The notes: a model not told the origin generated them from the letters alone. 48,683 nucleotides of DNA from an uncultured Collinsella sp. (GCA_900553705.1 USEK01000001.1:1-48683), one strand, 5' to 3'; shown: positions 28,895 through 39,132, counted from the stretch's first letter. Numbers and translations are program-made.

Positions 28895-29827
28895 CTAGAG
28901 GTGGCTGATGATCAGTTCCATCTGGCCTTCGAGGTCAATGGTGCTGACGGTGCTCGGGGCCAGCAGGTGGCTTCCCTTGTGGACGGGGTCGCCGCAGATG
29001 GTGCCTTCGCCGTCGATGACCGACAGGCACATGAAGGGCCAGCGCTGGTCGAGGGTCTTGCTGCCGTTAACGCGCACGCGATCGACGGTGTAGCGGGGGC
29101 AAGACTCGAGCTCGGTCACGCCATCCACCTCGGGCGCGGTCACCGTGCCGTCGGTCGGAGCCTGAGCATCAAAGTCGATGCAGTCGAGGCTCTGCTCAAT
29201 GTGCAGGGGACGCAGTTTGCCGTCGGTGCCGGGACGGTCGTAGTCGTACAGGCGATACGTCACGTCGCTCGACTGCTGCGTCTCCAAAATGAGCGTGCCG
29301 GTCTTGATGGCGTGCACGGTACCGGAATCAATCTGGAAAAAGTCGCCCTTGTGGATCGGCAGTACGTTGAGCATGTCGTCCCAGCGGCCGTCCTCGATCA
29401 TCTGCGCGGCCTCGGCGCGGTCATGCGCGCGCTGGCCGACGATGATTGTGGCGCCGGGCTCGCAATCCAGCACATACCAGCACTCGGTTTTGCCCAGACT
29501 GCCGTTCTCGTGCTCAGCGGCGTACTCGTCGTTGGGATGAATCTGGATCGAAAGGTCGTCCTTGGCGTCCAGAATCTTAATGAGCAGCGGGAACTCCTTG
29601 CCCTCGCAGTTGCCAAAGAGCTCGCGGTGCTCGGCCCACAGCCATGACAGCGTGTGACCGGCGTACGGGCCCTCAGCGATCTGGCAGTCGCCGTTGGGAT
29701 GGGCCGAGATGGCCCAACACTCACCGATGGGACCATCGGGAATGTCGTAACCAAATACGGTTTCGAGTTGACGGCCGCCCCAGATCTTCTCGTGGAAGAT
29801 GGGCGTCAGTTTAATCAAATCGGACAT
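28895..29827 (-). CDS. manA: Mannose-6-phosphate isomerase, class I
   Basis: KIWGG, GECWAISAHP, FPLLIKILDA, LSIQIHP, GKTECW and QQSSDVTYR motifs. Confidence 0.94.
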   Translation of the reverse strand: MSDLIKLTPIFHEKIWGGRQLETVFGYDIPDGPIGECWAISAHPNGDCQIAEGPYAGHTLSWLWAEHRELFGNCEGKEFPLLIKILDAKDDLSIQIHPNDEYAAEHENGSLGKTECWYVLDCEPGATIIVGQRAHDRAEAAQMIEDGRWDDMLNVLPIHKGDFFQIDSGTVHAIKTGTLILETQQSSDVTYRLYDYDRPGTDGKLRPLHIEQSLDCIDFDAQAPTDGTVTAPEVDGVTELESCPRYTVDRVRVNGSKTLDQRWPFMCLSVIDGEGTICGDPVHKGSHLLAPSTVSTIDLEGQMELIISHL

Positions 29828-29900
29828 GTTCATACTCCCATTGTGCTGCGCGGGCGCCGCGTAAAACTGCTCAAGACGAGCGCCCGTATGACCATAAAAC

Positions 29901-30620
29901 CTATGCCAACGTTACGTTGTGCAACTCAAAGCGGTCGCCAACGTTGCGCGAGACCGAATACTCAAAGGCGGCACCGCTGTCCAAAAAGCCAATCTGGGTG
30001 AGCTCGAGCAGGGGAGAGCCAGGTTTGGTGTCCAGACGCTCGGCTTCTTCCTCGGTTGCTGCTACGGCGCGAATGGTACGGTGAAAGCTCGAAATCTTCA
30101 GCCCACATTGCTCGCGGATGAAGCGGTAGAGCGATCCGTACAGGTCCTTCTTTTTCAGCCCCGGAATCAGCTCGAGGGGCATGTAGGTGTACTCGATAAC
30201 GATGGGCTTCTCATCGGCCTGACGCACGCGCACGACGTGATAGGCAAAGTCATCCTCGGCAATTCCCAGCTGGGCTGCGATGTCCGCTGGTGGATTAACA
30301 ATCGAGAAATCGTAGACCACCGAGGTCACCTTCTCCCCGCGGTGGTCATACGAAAAACCCTGGGCACGGTCGTTTTTGCCCTGGAAAAACGCCTGGCCGG
30401 GAAGCCCCGCCGTGTCCTTAACGTAGGTACCCGATCCGCGTCGGCTGGTAATAAGACCTTCCTCGGTGATTTGTTCAATAGCTCGTTTGACGGTGATTTT
30501 GGAAACGCTATAGAGCTCGCAGAACTCAACGACGGTGGGAAGCTTGTCGCCCGGTTTAAGAGCGCCATCCTCGATACTTCGACGAATATCTGCAGCTATC
30601 GCCTCGTATTTGGGAATCAT
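29901..30620 (-). CDS. GntR/HutC-family regulator with UTRA domain (GmuR-like)
   Basis: KLPTVVEFCELYSVSKITVKRA HTH, RRGSGTYV and C-terminal UTRA. Confidence 0.92.
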   Translation of the reverse strand: MIPKYEAIAADIRRSIEDGALKPGDKLPTVVEFCELYSVSKITVKRAIEQITEEGLITSRRGSGTYVKDTAGLPGQAFFQGKNDRAQGFSYDHRGEKVTSVVYDFSIVNPPADIAAQLGIAEDDFAYHVVRVRQADEKPIVIEYTYMPLELIPGLKKKDLYGSLYRFIREQCGLKISSFHRTIRAVAATEEEAERLDTKPGSPLLELTQIGFLDSGAAFEYSVSRNVGDRFELHNVTLA

Positions 30621-30799
30621 GGAACCTCCTTTCCGACATATATGAATACAAAAGTAAGTATAACCCTCAACAGGGCACCCATATTACTTTTATCTAAGAA
30701 GTTCGAGAAAGAAAAAAGAAAAAGACACTTTACATTTAAAATTAGAGCGCTATAGTCTAAGCAACGAACGGAATCCTTCCGCACAACAGGATCGACCGT

Positions 30800-30889
30800 T
30801 TGGGGACGGTTTTGTTTTGGCGGGTTGGATATCGGTATGACCGGTGCGCGCCCGCGCCGGATAACCTGCCAAAGCAAACCCGTCTCCAA
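30800..30889. repeat. Family D inverted doublet
   Basis: 30800-30826 vs 30863-30889 match 23/27; right arm related to 34738-34763. Confidence 0.75.
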
Positions 30890-30923
30890 CCGGAAGCTCT
30901 AGAACACGAAAGCGAGGACTTTG

Positions 30924-32324
30924 ATGGCACAGTATCAGCTGCCCAACGACTTCTTCTTTGGCGCTGCTATGTCCGGCCCGCAGACTGAGGGTCAGTGGAA
31001 CCAGGGCGGCAAGCTCGAGAACCTGTGGGACACCTGGTCCATCCAGGATCTGGGTTCGTTCTACAACTGCGTTGGCTCTTATGCCGGCAATGACTTTATG
31101 GCCAAGTACCAGGAAGACTTTCGCATTTTGAAGGACTTGGGCCTGAATACCTATCGCACTTCCATCCAGTGGAGCCGTCTGCTCGATGCCGACGGCAACC
31201 TTAACGAGGAGGGCGCCGCGTGGTATCACGAGCTGTTCCGCGCCTCTCGCGAGGCTGGTCTGGAGCCGTTCGTCAACCTGTACCACTTTGACATGCCCAC
31301 CTACCTCTTTAACCGTGGCGGCTGGGAGAGCCGTGAGGTCGTCGAGGCTTACGCGCATTACGCCGACGTCGCCTTCCACGAGTTTGGCCAGGAGATTAAG
31401 TACTGGTTCACCTTTAACGAGCCCATCGTCGAGCCCGAACAGCGCTATCAGGAGGGCGTGTGGTTCCCGCAGCTCCACGACTTCAACCGCGCCCGCACTG
31501 TGCAGTATCACATCTCGCTGGCACATGCGCTGGCCGTGGCCAACTATCGTCGCGCCTATGACGAGGGCGTTATTCGCGCCGATGCCAAGATTGGCATGAT
31601 CAACTGCTTTACTCCGGTCTACACCAAGGAGAACCCCAGCGAGGCAGACCTCGAGGCCGTGCGTATGACCAGCGGCATCAATAATCGCTGGTGGCTCGAC
31701 CTTATTACCAAGGGCGAGCTTCCTGCCGACGTGCTCGACAGCCTGGCCGAGGGCGGCGTTAAGCTCCCGTTCCGCGCCGGCGACCAAGAGATTCTCAAAC
31801 AGGGTGTTGTCGACTGGCTCGGCTGCAACTACTACCATCCCACGCGCGTTCAGGCGCCGGCGAGCAAGATTGACCAGTACGGCCTGCCGCACTTTGCCGA
31901 CGAGTATGTGTGGCCCGACGCCGTTATGAACGAGAGCCGCGGCTGGGAGATCTACCCGCAGGGCCTCTACGACTTTGGCATGGACTGCGCTAAGAACTAC
32001 CCCGATCTTGAGTGGTTCGTTTCCGAGAACGGCATCGGCATCATGGACGAATACAAGAACCGTGACGCCGAAGGAACCATCCAGGATGACTACCGCGTCG
32101 ACTTTGTACGCCAGCACCTGGAGTGGGTGGCCAAGGCCATCGCCGAGGGCGCCAAGTGCCGCGGATACCATTATTGGGCCGTCATCGATAACTGGTCTTG
32201 GGCGAATGCCTTTAAGAACCGTTACGGTTTTGTCGAGGTCGACCTTATGGACGGTTACAAGCGCCGCCTTAAGAAGTCGGCAGCCTGGCTCAAACAGGTC
32301 GCCACGACCCACGTGGTTGATTAG
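30924..32324 (+). CDS. Glycoside hydrolase family 1, 6-phospho-beta-glucosidase-like
   Basis: RTSIQWSRL, NLYHFD, TFNEP acid/base, SENG nucleophile and DNWSWANAFKNRYG. Confidence 0.95.
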   Translation: MAQYQLPNDFFFGAAMSGPQTEGQWNQGGKLENLWDTWSIQDLGSFYNCVGSYAGNDFMAKYQEDFRILKDLGLNTYRTSIQWSRLLDADGNLNEEGAAWYHELFRASREAGLEPFVNLYHFDMPTYLFNRGGWESREVVEAYAHYADVAFHEFGQEIKYWFTFNEPIVEPEQRYQEGVWFPQLHDFNRARTVQYHISLAHALAVANYRRAYDEGVIRADAKIGMINCFTPVYTKENPSEADLEAVRMTSGINNRWWLDLITKGELPADVLDSLAEGGVKLPFRAGDQEILKQGVVDWLGCNYYHPTRVQAPASKIDQYGLPHFADEYVWPDAVMNESRGWEIYPQGLYDFGMDCAKNYPDLEWFVSENGIGIMDEYKNRDAEGTIQDDYRVDFVRQHLEWVAKAIAEGAKCRGYHYWAVIDNWSWANAFKNRYGFVEVDLMDGYKRRLKKSAAWLKQVATTHVVD

Positions 32325-32444
32325 CGACCGGGCGAACGCCCAGACCGCGCGCCGCCGCGCGCAACACATGGCACATCTGGTGGCAGAGGGCGACAGACCA
32401 CCGTGCGCATAGGAAAAGGCCGGATTTGAAAGTTAGGAGCAATC

Positions 32445-33788
32445 ATGGCCAGTGACAACGGAAAGAGCTTCCTCGACAAGTTTGCCGAGGTCTCTGCGAA
32501 GGTGGGAAACCAGGTTCACCTGCGTTCCTTGCGTGACGCCTTCGCGACCATCACGCCGCTCTATATCCTTGCGGGTATCGCGGTTCTTATTAACAACGTC
32601 GTGTTCCCTCTGTTCCCGCTCGACGCGGCGGGCCTTGCCAACCTTCAGACGTGGGGCTCGGCAATTACGCTGGGCACCCTCAACGTCTCTGCCATTATCT
32701 TGGCCGGATTGATTGGCTACAGCCTCGCCAAGAACAAGCGTTTCGATAACCCGCTCGCTTGCGTGGTCGTCGCCATCTCTGCCTTCGTCATCATGATGCC
32801 GCAGCAGATCACCGCCTCGCTTGCCGCCACGAGCCCGCTGCTCACCGACAAGATCACCTCCGCTGAGGTCACGGGCGCCCTTTCGACTGCCAACACCGGC
32901 ACCAACGGTCTGTTCTCGGCCATTATCATCGCTCTGCTCTCCGTCTCGCTCTTCATCAAGATTTCTGGCGTCGAGAAGCTCAAGGTTAAGCTGGGCGAGG
33001 GCGTGCCTCCCGCGGTCTCCAACTCCTTCAACGTCATGATCCCGATGCTGCTCAACCTCGCAATCTTCGCTCTTGCCGCAGCCCTGCTCGCCGTGTGCGC
33101 CGGCACCGATCTGTGCGCCATCATCTCCACGTGCATCTCCAACCCGCTCAAGAACATCATGAACGCCGGTCCGTGGGCTGTTATCCTCATCTACACCCTT
33201 GCTAACCTGCTGTTCTGCGTCGGTATTCACCAGTCCACCATCTCTGGCGCTACCGTCGAGCCGATCCTGACCATGCTCATCGTCGACAACATGGCTACCT
33301 TCGCCGCCGGTGGCACCATCCAGCCCGATCACTACATGAACATGCAGATCGTTAACAGCTTTGCCCTCATCGGCGGCTCGGGCTGCACCCTCATGCTTCT
33401 GCTCGACACGCTCCTGTTCTCCAAGAACAAGGCTTCCGAGACCGTTTCCAAGATGGCTATCCTGCCTGGTCTGTTCAACATCAACGAGCCGGTTATCTAC
33501 GGTTACCCCATCGTGTACAACCTGCCGCTCATGATTCCGTTTGTCCTCCTCCCCGATCTGTTCATCGGCATCACCTATGGCCTTACCTGCGCAGGCATCA
33601 TCAGCCCCTGCATCGCCCAGGTGCCCTGGACCATGCCTCCCGTCATCAATGCCCTGCTCGCTACGGGCTTTGACTGGCGCGCCGGCGTGTGGCAGGCTCT
33701 CGAGATTGTCATTGGCATGGCCGTCTACCTGCCCTTTATGAAGATTTCCGAGAAGGCAATCGCCAAGCAGGAGGCTCTTGCCGAGTAG
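32445..33788 (+). CDS. PTS EIIC, cellobiose/lactose family
   Basis: LRSLRDAF, GGSGCTL and PGLFNINEPVIYGYPIVYN motifs. Confidence 0.95.
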   Translation: MASDNGKSFLDKFAEVSAKVGNQVHLRSLRDAFATITPLYILAGIAVLINNVVFPLFPLDAAGLANLQTWGSAITLGTLNVSAIILAGLIGYSLAKNKRFDNPLACVVVAISAFVIMMPQQITASLAATSPLLTDKITSAEVTGALSTANTGTNGLFSAIIIALLSVSLFIKISGVEKLKVKLGEGVPPAVSNSFNVMIPMLLNLAIFALAAALLAVCAGTDLCAIISTCISNPLKNIMNAGPWAVILIYTLANLLFCVGIHQSTISGATVEPILTMLIVDNMATFAAGGTIQPDHYMNMQIVNSFALIGGSGCTLMLLLDTLLFSKNKASETVSKMAILPGLFNINEPVIYGYPIVYNLPLMIPFVLLPDLFIGITYGLTCAGIISPCIAQVPWTMPPVINALLATGFDWRAGVWQALEIVIGMAVYLPFMKISEKAIAKQEALAE

Positions 33789-33946
33789 AACGCCTAACGT
33801 TCGTCCCTTTCACCTTTGCGGGCACCGGTACGTGGTGCCAGTGCCCGCATCTCTCTTCTGCGTAAGGGCGCAGAAAGAGGGCACAATAGCCGCAAGGAAT
33901 AAAACCAGTTGTCGTCTGCGCGCCGCGCAGTTATAAGGAGGAAACC

Positions 33947-34249
33947 ATGAAGAAGATCATGCTCTGCTGCAATGCCGGTATGTCCACGAGCCTGCTGGTC
34001 CAGAAGATGCAGGCCGAGGTTGCAAACCGTGGTCTGGATATTGAGGTCGAGGCTCGTCCCATGAACGAGGCCCACGATCACCTGGACGAGTGCGACATGT
34101 TGCTGCTTGGTCCGCAGATCGGCTATACCAAGGGCGATTTTGAGAAGGAGGCCGCCGGTCGTTTCCCGGTCGAGGTCATCAACATGGTCGACTACGGCCG
34201 CATGAACGCTGCCGGCATCATCGACCACTGCGTCAGCGTGATGGGCTAG
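33947..34249 (+). CDS. PTS EIIB, cellobiose/lactose family
   Basis: CCNAGMSTSLLV, LLGPQI and DYGRMN motifs. Confidence 0.95.
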   Translation: MKKIMLCCNAGMSTSLLVQKMQAEVANRGLDIEVEARPMNEAHDHLDECDMLLLGPQIGYTKGDFEKEAAGRFPVEVINMVDYGRMNAAGIIDHCVSVMG

Positions 34250-34258
34250 GTGCTCTGT

Positions 34259-34591
34259 ATGGAGGATATGAACGAACTGCAGATGACCTGCTTCGAGATC
34301 ATCAGCTACGTCGGTACCGCCAAGAGCATGTACATCAATGCCGTGCAAAAGGCCAAGGAGGGCGATTTTGACGCCGCCGAGGAGCTTATCAAGCAGGGCG
34401 ACGAGGCCTATAACGGTGGCCACGATGTTCACATGGGGCTTCTGAAGAAAGAGGCCAACGGCGAGCGTAACGGCGAGGCCCCGTTGATTCTGCTGCATGC
34501 CGAGGACCAGATGGCCGGTACCGAGACCATGCGCGTCATGGCGACGGAGCTCATCGAGATCCACAAGCAGCTGCAGGCACTTAAGGCCTAG
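34259..34591 (+). CDS. PTS EIIA, cellobiose/lactose family
   Basis: FEIISYVGTAKS and LLHAEDQM motifs. Confidence 0.94.
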   Translation: MEDMNELQMTCFEIISYVGTAKSMYINAVQKAKEGDFDAAEELIKQGDEAYNGGHDVHMGLLKKEANGERNGEAPLILLHAEDQMAGTETMRVMATELIEIHKQLQALKA

Positions 34592-34649
34592 TCGGCGTTA
34601 TCGCCGCGAAGGACCGTGCGGTCCAACAGACAACATAGTCCCTTTGACG

Positions 34650-34687
34650 GGCGCCGGGAGTCTCCGCCTCCCGGCGCCTCTATTTTT
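34650..34687 (+). terminator. Intrinsic terminator after PTS operon
   Basis: ggcgccgggag / ctcccggcgcc stem plus T-rich tail. Confidence 0.7.
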
Positions 34688-34737
34688 GGGGATGGTCTTG
34701 TGCGGCCTGTTGAGCGGCCATTTGCGTTTCCCCAGAT

Positions 34738-34778
34738 AAAACCTGCCAAAACAAACCTGTCCCTTTTTGGTAGGTTTT
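34738..34778. repeat. Family D hairpin
   Basis: aaaacctgccaaaa-caaacctgtccct-ttttggtaggtttt. Confidence 0.75.
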
Positions 34779-34832
34779 TGCCTTGGGAGCGGTACCATAC
34801 AGGCAATGTTTAAACGAGAAAGGTGGGCTCCC

Positions 34833-35786
34833 ATGGAACCTAAGCAGTACTACATCGGCATTGACGTCGGCGGCACTTCGGTTAAGGAGGGTCTGTTCGA
34901 CGAGGACGGCAACCTGCTGGCCAAGGCCAGCGTGCCTACGCCTCCCATCGTTGACGCTGCGGGCTTTGCCGCGGTGACCGAGGCTATCGACCAGGTGGTC
35001 GCCAAGGCCCAGATTCCGCGCGCCTTTGTGGCTGGCATTGGCCTGGCCGTTCCGTGCCCCATCCCGGCGTCGGGCGATGCCAAGGTCAAGGCCAACATTG
35101 CCATTAACCTGCCCGAGCTGAGAATCGCCATTCAGCAGCACTGCCCCGACGCGGTCGTTAAGTATGAGAACGATGCCAACGCCGCCGCCATGGGCGAGGC
35201 TTGGCTCGGCTCTGCCAAGGGCGTGCAGAACGTGGTGATGGTCACCATCGGTACCGGCGTGGGCGGCGGCGTTATCGTTAACGGCGACGTGGTATCGGGT
35301 GTTGTGGGTGCTGGCGGCGAGATTGGCCACATGTGCCTGAACCCGGCTGAGGAGCGCACCTGCGGCTGCGGCGGCCATGGCCACCTGGAGCAGTATTCCA
35401 GCGCCACCGGCGTGGTGAGCAACTACCTTGCCGAGTGCAAGAAGGCGGGCGTCGAGCCCATCGAGCTCACCGGCCCCTCCGATTCCAAGGACGTGTTCCA
35501 GGCCTGCCGCGAGGGAGACAAGCTCGCGCTGGCCGCGGCCGATACCATGGCCGATTATCTCGGTCGTGCCCTGGCGCTTATTGCCAACGTGGTCGACCCC
35601 GAGATGTTCCTGATCGGCGGCGGTGCGTCTGCCTCGGCCGATGTCTACCTCGACAAGGTTCGCGAGCACTTCCAGCGCTACGCGCTTTCCGCCTCGCGCG
35701 AGACGCCCATTAAGGTCGCTTCGCTCGGCAACGACGCCGGCATCATCGGTGCCGCCTACGTAGCCCTGCGCGCTGCCGGCAAATAG
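34833..35786 (+). CDS. ROK family sugar kinase
   Basis: GIDVGGT, ENDANAAAMGE, IGTGVGGG, GEIGH and CGCGGHGHLE motifs; no N-terminal HTH. Confidence 0.93.
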   Translation: MEPKQYYIGIDVGGTSVKEGLFDEDGNLLAKASVPTPPIVDAAGFAAVTEAIDQVVAKAQIPRAFVAGIGLAVPCPIPASGDAKVKANIAINLPELRIAIQQHCPDAVVKYENDANAAAMGEAWLGSAKGVQNVVMVTIGTGVGGGVIVNGDVVSGVVGAGGEIGHMCLNPAEERTCGCGGHGHLEQYSSATGVVSNYLAECKKAGVEPIELTGPSDSKDVFQACREGDKLALAAADTMADYLGRALALIANVVDPEMFLIGGGASASADVYLDKVREHFQRYALSASRETPIKVASLGNDAGIIGAAYVALRAAGK

Positions 35787-35787
35787 C

Positions 35788-35850
35788 TGGTGCAAGGGGG
35801 TCAGGTTACTTTGCACCAACATGGTGCAAAAGGGACAGCCTTGGCCCCCA
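35788..35850. repeat. Family C hairpin, copy 2, plus partial unit
   Basis: tggtgcaa-gggggtcaggttact-ttgcacca followed by tggtgcaaaagggacagcc. Confidence 0.8.
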
Positions 35851-35952
35851 TGCCTGCCACAAAATATGCCGTGGCCCTTCTGTCTGCGAAGGCTCGGCAT
35901 CGGCGTGCTACCATAGCTACGTCCAAGTACACATATCAAGTGGAGGAAACCC

Positions 35953-36876
35953 ATGGCAAACGTTCTTGTCTTTGGTCACCAGAACCCCGATAACGACGCC
36001 ATCATGAGCGCCGTCGTCCTGTCCCAGCTGCTCAACCAGGTTGAGTATGCCGGCAACACCTACGAGGCCTGCGCCCTTGGTCAGCTTCCGGCAGAGTCCG
36101 CCAAGCTGCTCGCCGACGCCGGCATCGCCGAGCCTCGCGTGATCGAGTCCGTCGAGGCCGGTCAGCTCGTCGTCCTCACCGACCACAACGAGTCCGCCCA
36201 GTCCGTCGCCGGCCTTAAGGACGCCACGGTCTTTGGCGTCGTCGACCATCACCGCATCGGCGACTTCGAGACCGCCGGCCCGCTGCACTACATCTGCCTG
36301 CCCTGGGGCTCCAGCTGCACCATCGTCACCAAGCTCGCCGGCGTGCTCGGCGTTGAGCTTTCCGACGTCCAGGCCAAGCTGCTGCTCTCGGCCATGATGA
36401 CCGACACGCTCATGCTCAAGAGCCCCACCACCACCGATGTCGACCGCGCCGTCGCCGCCAAGCTCGGCGAGCAGGTGGGCGTCGACCCGGTCAAGTTTGG
36501 CATGGAGGTCTTCCTCACCCGTCCGTCCGGCTCCTTCACCGCAGCCGAGATGGTCGGCAACGACATCAAGATGTTCGAGCCCGCCGGCAAGAAGCTGCTC
36601 ATCGGCCAGTACGAGACCGTCGACAAGAGCCGCGCGCTCGGCATGATCGACGAGATTCGCGAGGCCATGCGCGCCTACGCCGCCGAGAAGGGCGCTGACG
36701 GCATTGTCCTGTGCATCACTGACATCATGGAGGAGGGCTCGCAGGTCCTGCTCGAGGGCGAGACCGAGGCTGCTCAGAAGGGCCTGGGCATTGCCGACGA
36801 GCACGACGGCGTCTGGATGCCGGGCGTCCTCTCCCGTAAGAAGCAGGTTGCTGCTCCCATCATGGCCGCCTGCTAG
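35953..36876 (+). CDS. ppaC: Manganese-dependent inorganic pyrophosphatase (family II)
   Basis: GHQNPDND, DHNE, DHHR and GVLSRKKQV motifs. Confidence 0.96.
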   Translation: MANVLVFGHQNPDNDAIMSAVVLSQLLNQVEYAGNTYEACALGQLPAESAKLLADAGIAEPRVIESVEAGQLVVLTDHNESAQSVAGLKDATVFGVVDHHRIGDFETAGPLHYICLPWGSSCTIVTKLAGVLGVELSDVQAKLLLSAMMTDTLMLKSPTTTDVDRAVAAKLGEQVGVDPVKFGMEVFLTRPSGSFTAAEMVGNDIKMFEPAGKKLLIGQYETVDKSRALGMIDEIREAMRAYAAEKGADGIVLCITDIMEEGSQVLLEGETEAAQKGLGIADEHDGVWMPGVLSRKKQVAAPIMAAC

Positions 36877-36897
36877 GTTCTTTTGGCCTAACACCGA

Positions 36898-36936
36898 CGA
36901 CCGGATCGCGGAAGCCCCGCGCTCCGGTCGTTTTTT
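36898..36936 (+). terminator. Intrinsic terminator after ppaC
   Basis: cgaccgga...tccggtcg stem plus T6. Confidence 0.75.
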
Positions 36937-37144
36937 GTGCACGGCGCCGCGTCGTCTCTTGAACAGGCGCGTCCGTGCCGTTGAGCAAATAATGTTCAAC
37001 CTGTGGTTCCGCTTTTCGGCCACGCCTGCGTGCTTGTCGTGCAGGGTAGGCTAGATGCAAGCGTAATACGTTAGAGCGCGGCGCCGCCACTTGGGCGGGC
37101 CGTGCTTTTTTAAGACGGGAGCCTTCCCGTGAAAGGAGCCGCCC

Positions 37145-38503
37145 ATGGCAGCACCCGAGCAGCTGTTTAACGTTCGTGAGCGCAAACGCTTTGAGCGTCA
37201 CGACATTTGGGAGCGCATTGCCGAGAACGGCACTATTTCCGCCGCCGTCATGGTCTTCGCCGCTATCGCCGCCGTTATCTGCGCCAACACCGATGCCTAC
37301 GAGGCCATCCATCACTTTTTGGAGACCCCGCTGTATGTGGGTCTGGGTAACCTGACAGCCGGTCTTACCGTTGAGCTTTTCGTCAATGACTTCCTCATGG
37401 CGATCTTCTTTTTGCTGGTGGGCATCGAGCTTAAGTACGAGATGACAGTTGGCGAGCTCAAGAACCCGCGCCAGGCCATGCTTCCCATGCTGGCGGCCGT
37501 GGGCGGCGTCGTCGTTCCCGCCTGCATCTACCTGATCTTTAACCATGCCGGCGCGCACAACGGTTGGGCCATCCCCATGGCAACCGATATTGCCTTTGCG
37601 CTGGGCGTGCTGTCACTTTTGGGCAATCGCGTGCCCAACGGCGTGCGCGTGTTCTTCTCGACGCTCGCCATCGCCGACGACCTCATCTCCATCGCCGCTA
37701 TCGCCATTTTCTACGGTCAGAGCCCCAATCCGTTTTGGTTGGGCACCGCCGCGCTTGTGACCTGCGCGCTCGTGTGGCTCAACAAGACACAGCATTACCG
37801 CCTTGCCCCGTATTCGGTACTGGGTCTGCTGTTGTGGTTCTGCATGTTCAAGAGTGGCGTACATGCCACGCTTGCTGGCGTTATCCTGGCCTTTACCATC
37901 CCGGCCAAGTGCGGCGTCAAGCTCGATAGCCTCACCGATTGGTTGGGCGAGTGCCTGCCGCTGCTCGATGACCGCTACGACGACGAGGCACACATCCTGG
38001 GTCAGCATGACTTTACCGTCTCGACCACCAAGGTCGAGCGCGTCATGCACCGCGTGACCCCGCCGCTCATCCGCATGGAGCGTCTGATCTCCACGCCGGT
38101 CAACTTTGTGATTCTGCCGATCTTTGCGTTCGTCAACGCACAGGTTCGCCTAGTGGGCGTGGATATGAGCACGTTGCTCACCGACCCGGTGACGCTCGGC
38201 GTGTACTTTGGCATGCTGCTGGGCAAGCCGATCGGCATCTTTGGCATGACGTTCGCCTTGGTCAAGCTCAAGGCCTGCGAGCTGCCGCATAACGTCAACT
38301 GGCACATGATTGCCGGTGTGGGCATTCTGGGCGGCATCGGCTTTACCATGTCGATTCTCATCAGCGGCCTTGCCTTCCCGACGGCCCAGTTTGAGGTTCT
38401 GGCTGCCAAGGCCGCCATCCTTGCCGGTTCGGTCACCGCTGCCGTGCTCGGCATGATCTACATGAGCGTGGTCTGCAAACACCCCGCGCCCAAGGGCGAG
38501 TAA
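37145..38503 (+). CDS. nhaA: Na+/H+ antiporter NhaA
   Basis: NDFLMAIFF, GWAIPMATDIAFA, LAIADD, SGVHAT and GIGFTMS motifs. Confidence 0.96.
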   Translation: MAAPEQLFNVRERKRFERHDIWERIAENGTISAAVMVFAAIAAVICANTDAYEAIHHFLETPLYVGLGNLTAGLTVELFVNDFLMAIFFLLVGIELKYEMTVGELKNPRQAMLPMLAAVGGVVVPACIYLIFNHAGAHNGWAIPMATDIAFALGVLSLLGNRVPNGVRVFFSTLAIADDLISIAAIAIFYGQSPNPFWLGTAALVTCALVWLNKTQHYRLAPYSVLGLLLWFCMFKSGVHATLAGVILAFTIPAKCGVKLDSLTDWLGECLPLLDDRYDDEAHILGQHDFTVSTTKVERVMHRVTPPLIRMERLISTPVNFVILPIFAFVNAQVRLVGVDMSTLLTDPVTLGVYFGMLLGKPIGIFGMTFALVKLKACELPHNVNWHMIAGVGILGGIGFTMSILISGLAFPTAQFEVLAAKAAILAGSVTAAVLGMIYMSVVCKHPAPKGE

Positions 38504-38587
38504 AAGCTCGAAAACAGACACCAGAACCGGTTTGGATGCGTTCGAAACTCGGATCAGGGTGCTACTGGCCCCCTGCCAGATACCCCC

Positions 38588-38818
38588 GTGGTCAAAAAAC
38601 GCCGTTTGTGAGTACTGTCACAAACGGCGTTTCATTTTAGGTGTGGAAAATAATGAACAAAGTTATAAGAGCTGTACGTTAATGAGTGACCATCGACTTC
38701 CAATTCGGCGCTAACTGACGGTGATTAGGGAGTTTCAAGTCCAGTTTTGCCGATTTTCGACCAAGAATCGCTGCTACTAAAAAGGTAACAGTACTCATAT
38801 TTGCCCTTTTTTGGCCAC
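38588..38818. mobile_element. Degenerate AT-rich MITE-like element
   Basis: 34-bp imperfect TIRs 38588-38621 and 38785-38818 (26/34, shared TGAGTACTGT core); 15-bp palindrome arms at 38597-38632. Confidence 0.5.
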
Positions 38819-38877
38819 AAGCCCTAAAACAAGCCTCGCCAGGGTCGGGAAACGGGCCAAATCGTCGGCCTCGAGGC

Positions 38878-39132
38878 TTATTCCACCGTTCCGTAGACGG
38901 CGCCCCAGCCGTGGGCGGCCAAGGCGGAGTTGAGCTGGTCGCAAAGCGATTGGCGGTCGTAGTAGCCGGGCGGCAAAAGGTTGACGATTTCCATGAGGTC
39001 GGGCGCGAGGTCCAAGATCTCGGCCTGCACGATCAGATCCAGGCGGTCGATGGCGTGGCGGTCGTAAAATAGTCCGTCGACCAGGCGCTGCAGGTCGCCG
39101 AATTCTTCGGCCTGGAACGATCCGTACTCCAT
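38878..39132 (-). CDS. Small acidic hypothetical protein
   Basis: GGAGG SD, 84 aa, typical codon usage; weak DUF2795-like pattern. Confidence 0.7.
   Translation of the reverse strand: MEYGSFQAEEFGDLQRLVDGLFYDRHAIDRLDLIVQAEILDLAPDLMEIVNLLPPGYYDRQSLCDQLNSALAAHGWGAVYGTVE

Noticed and set aside
36980..37144. nhaA-I/II or Na+ riboswitch upstream of nhaA
   Set aside because: Small hairpins exist but I cannot match a consensus by eye; an Rfam cmscan would be needed.
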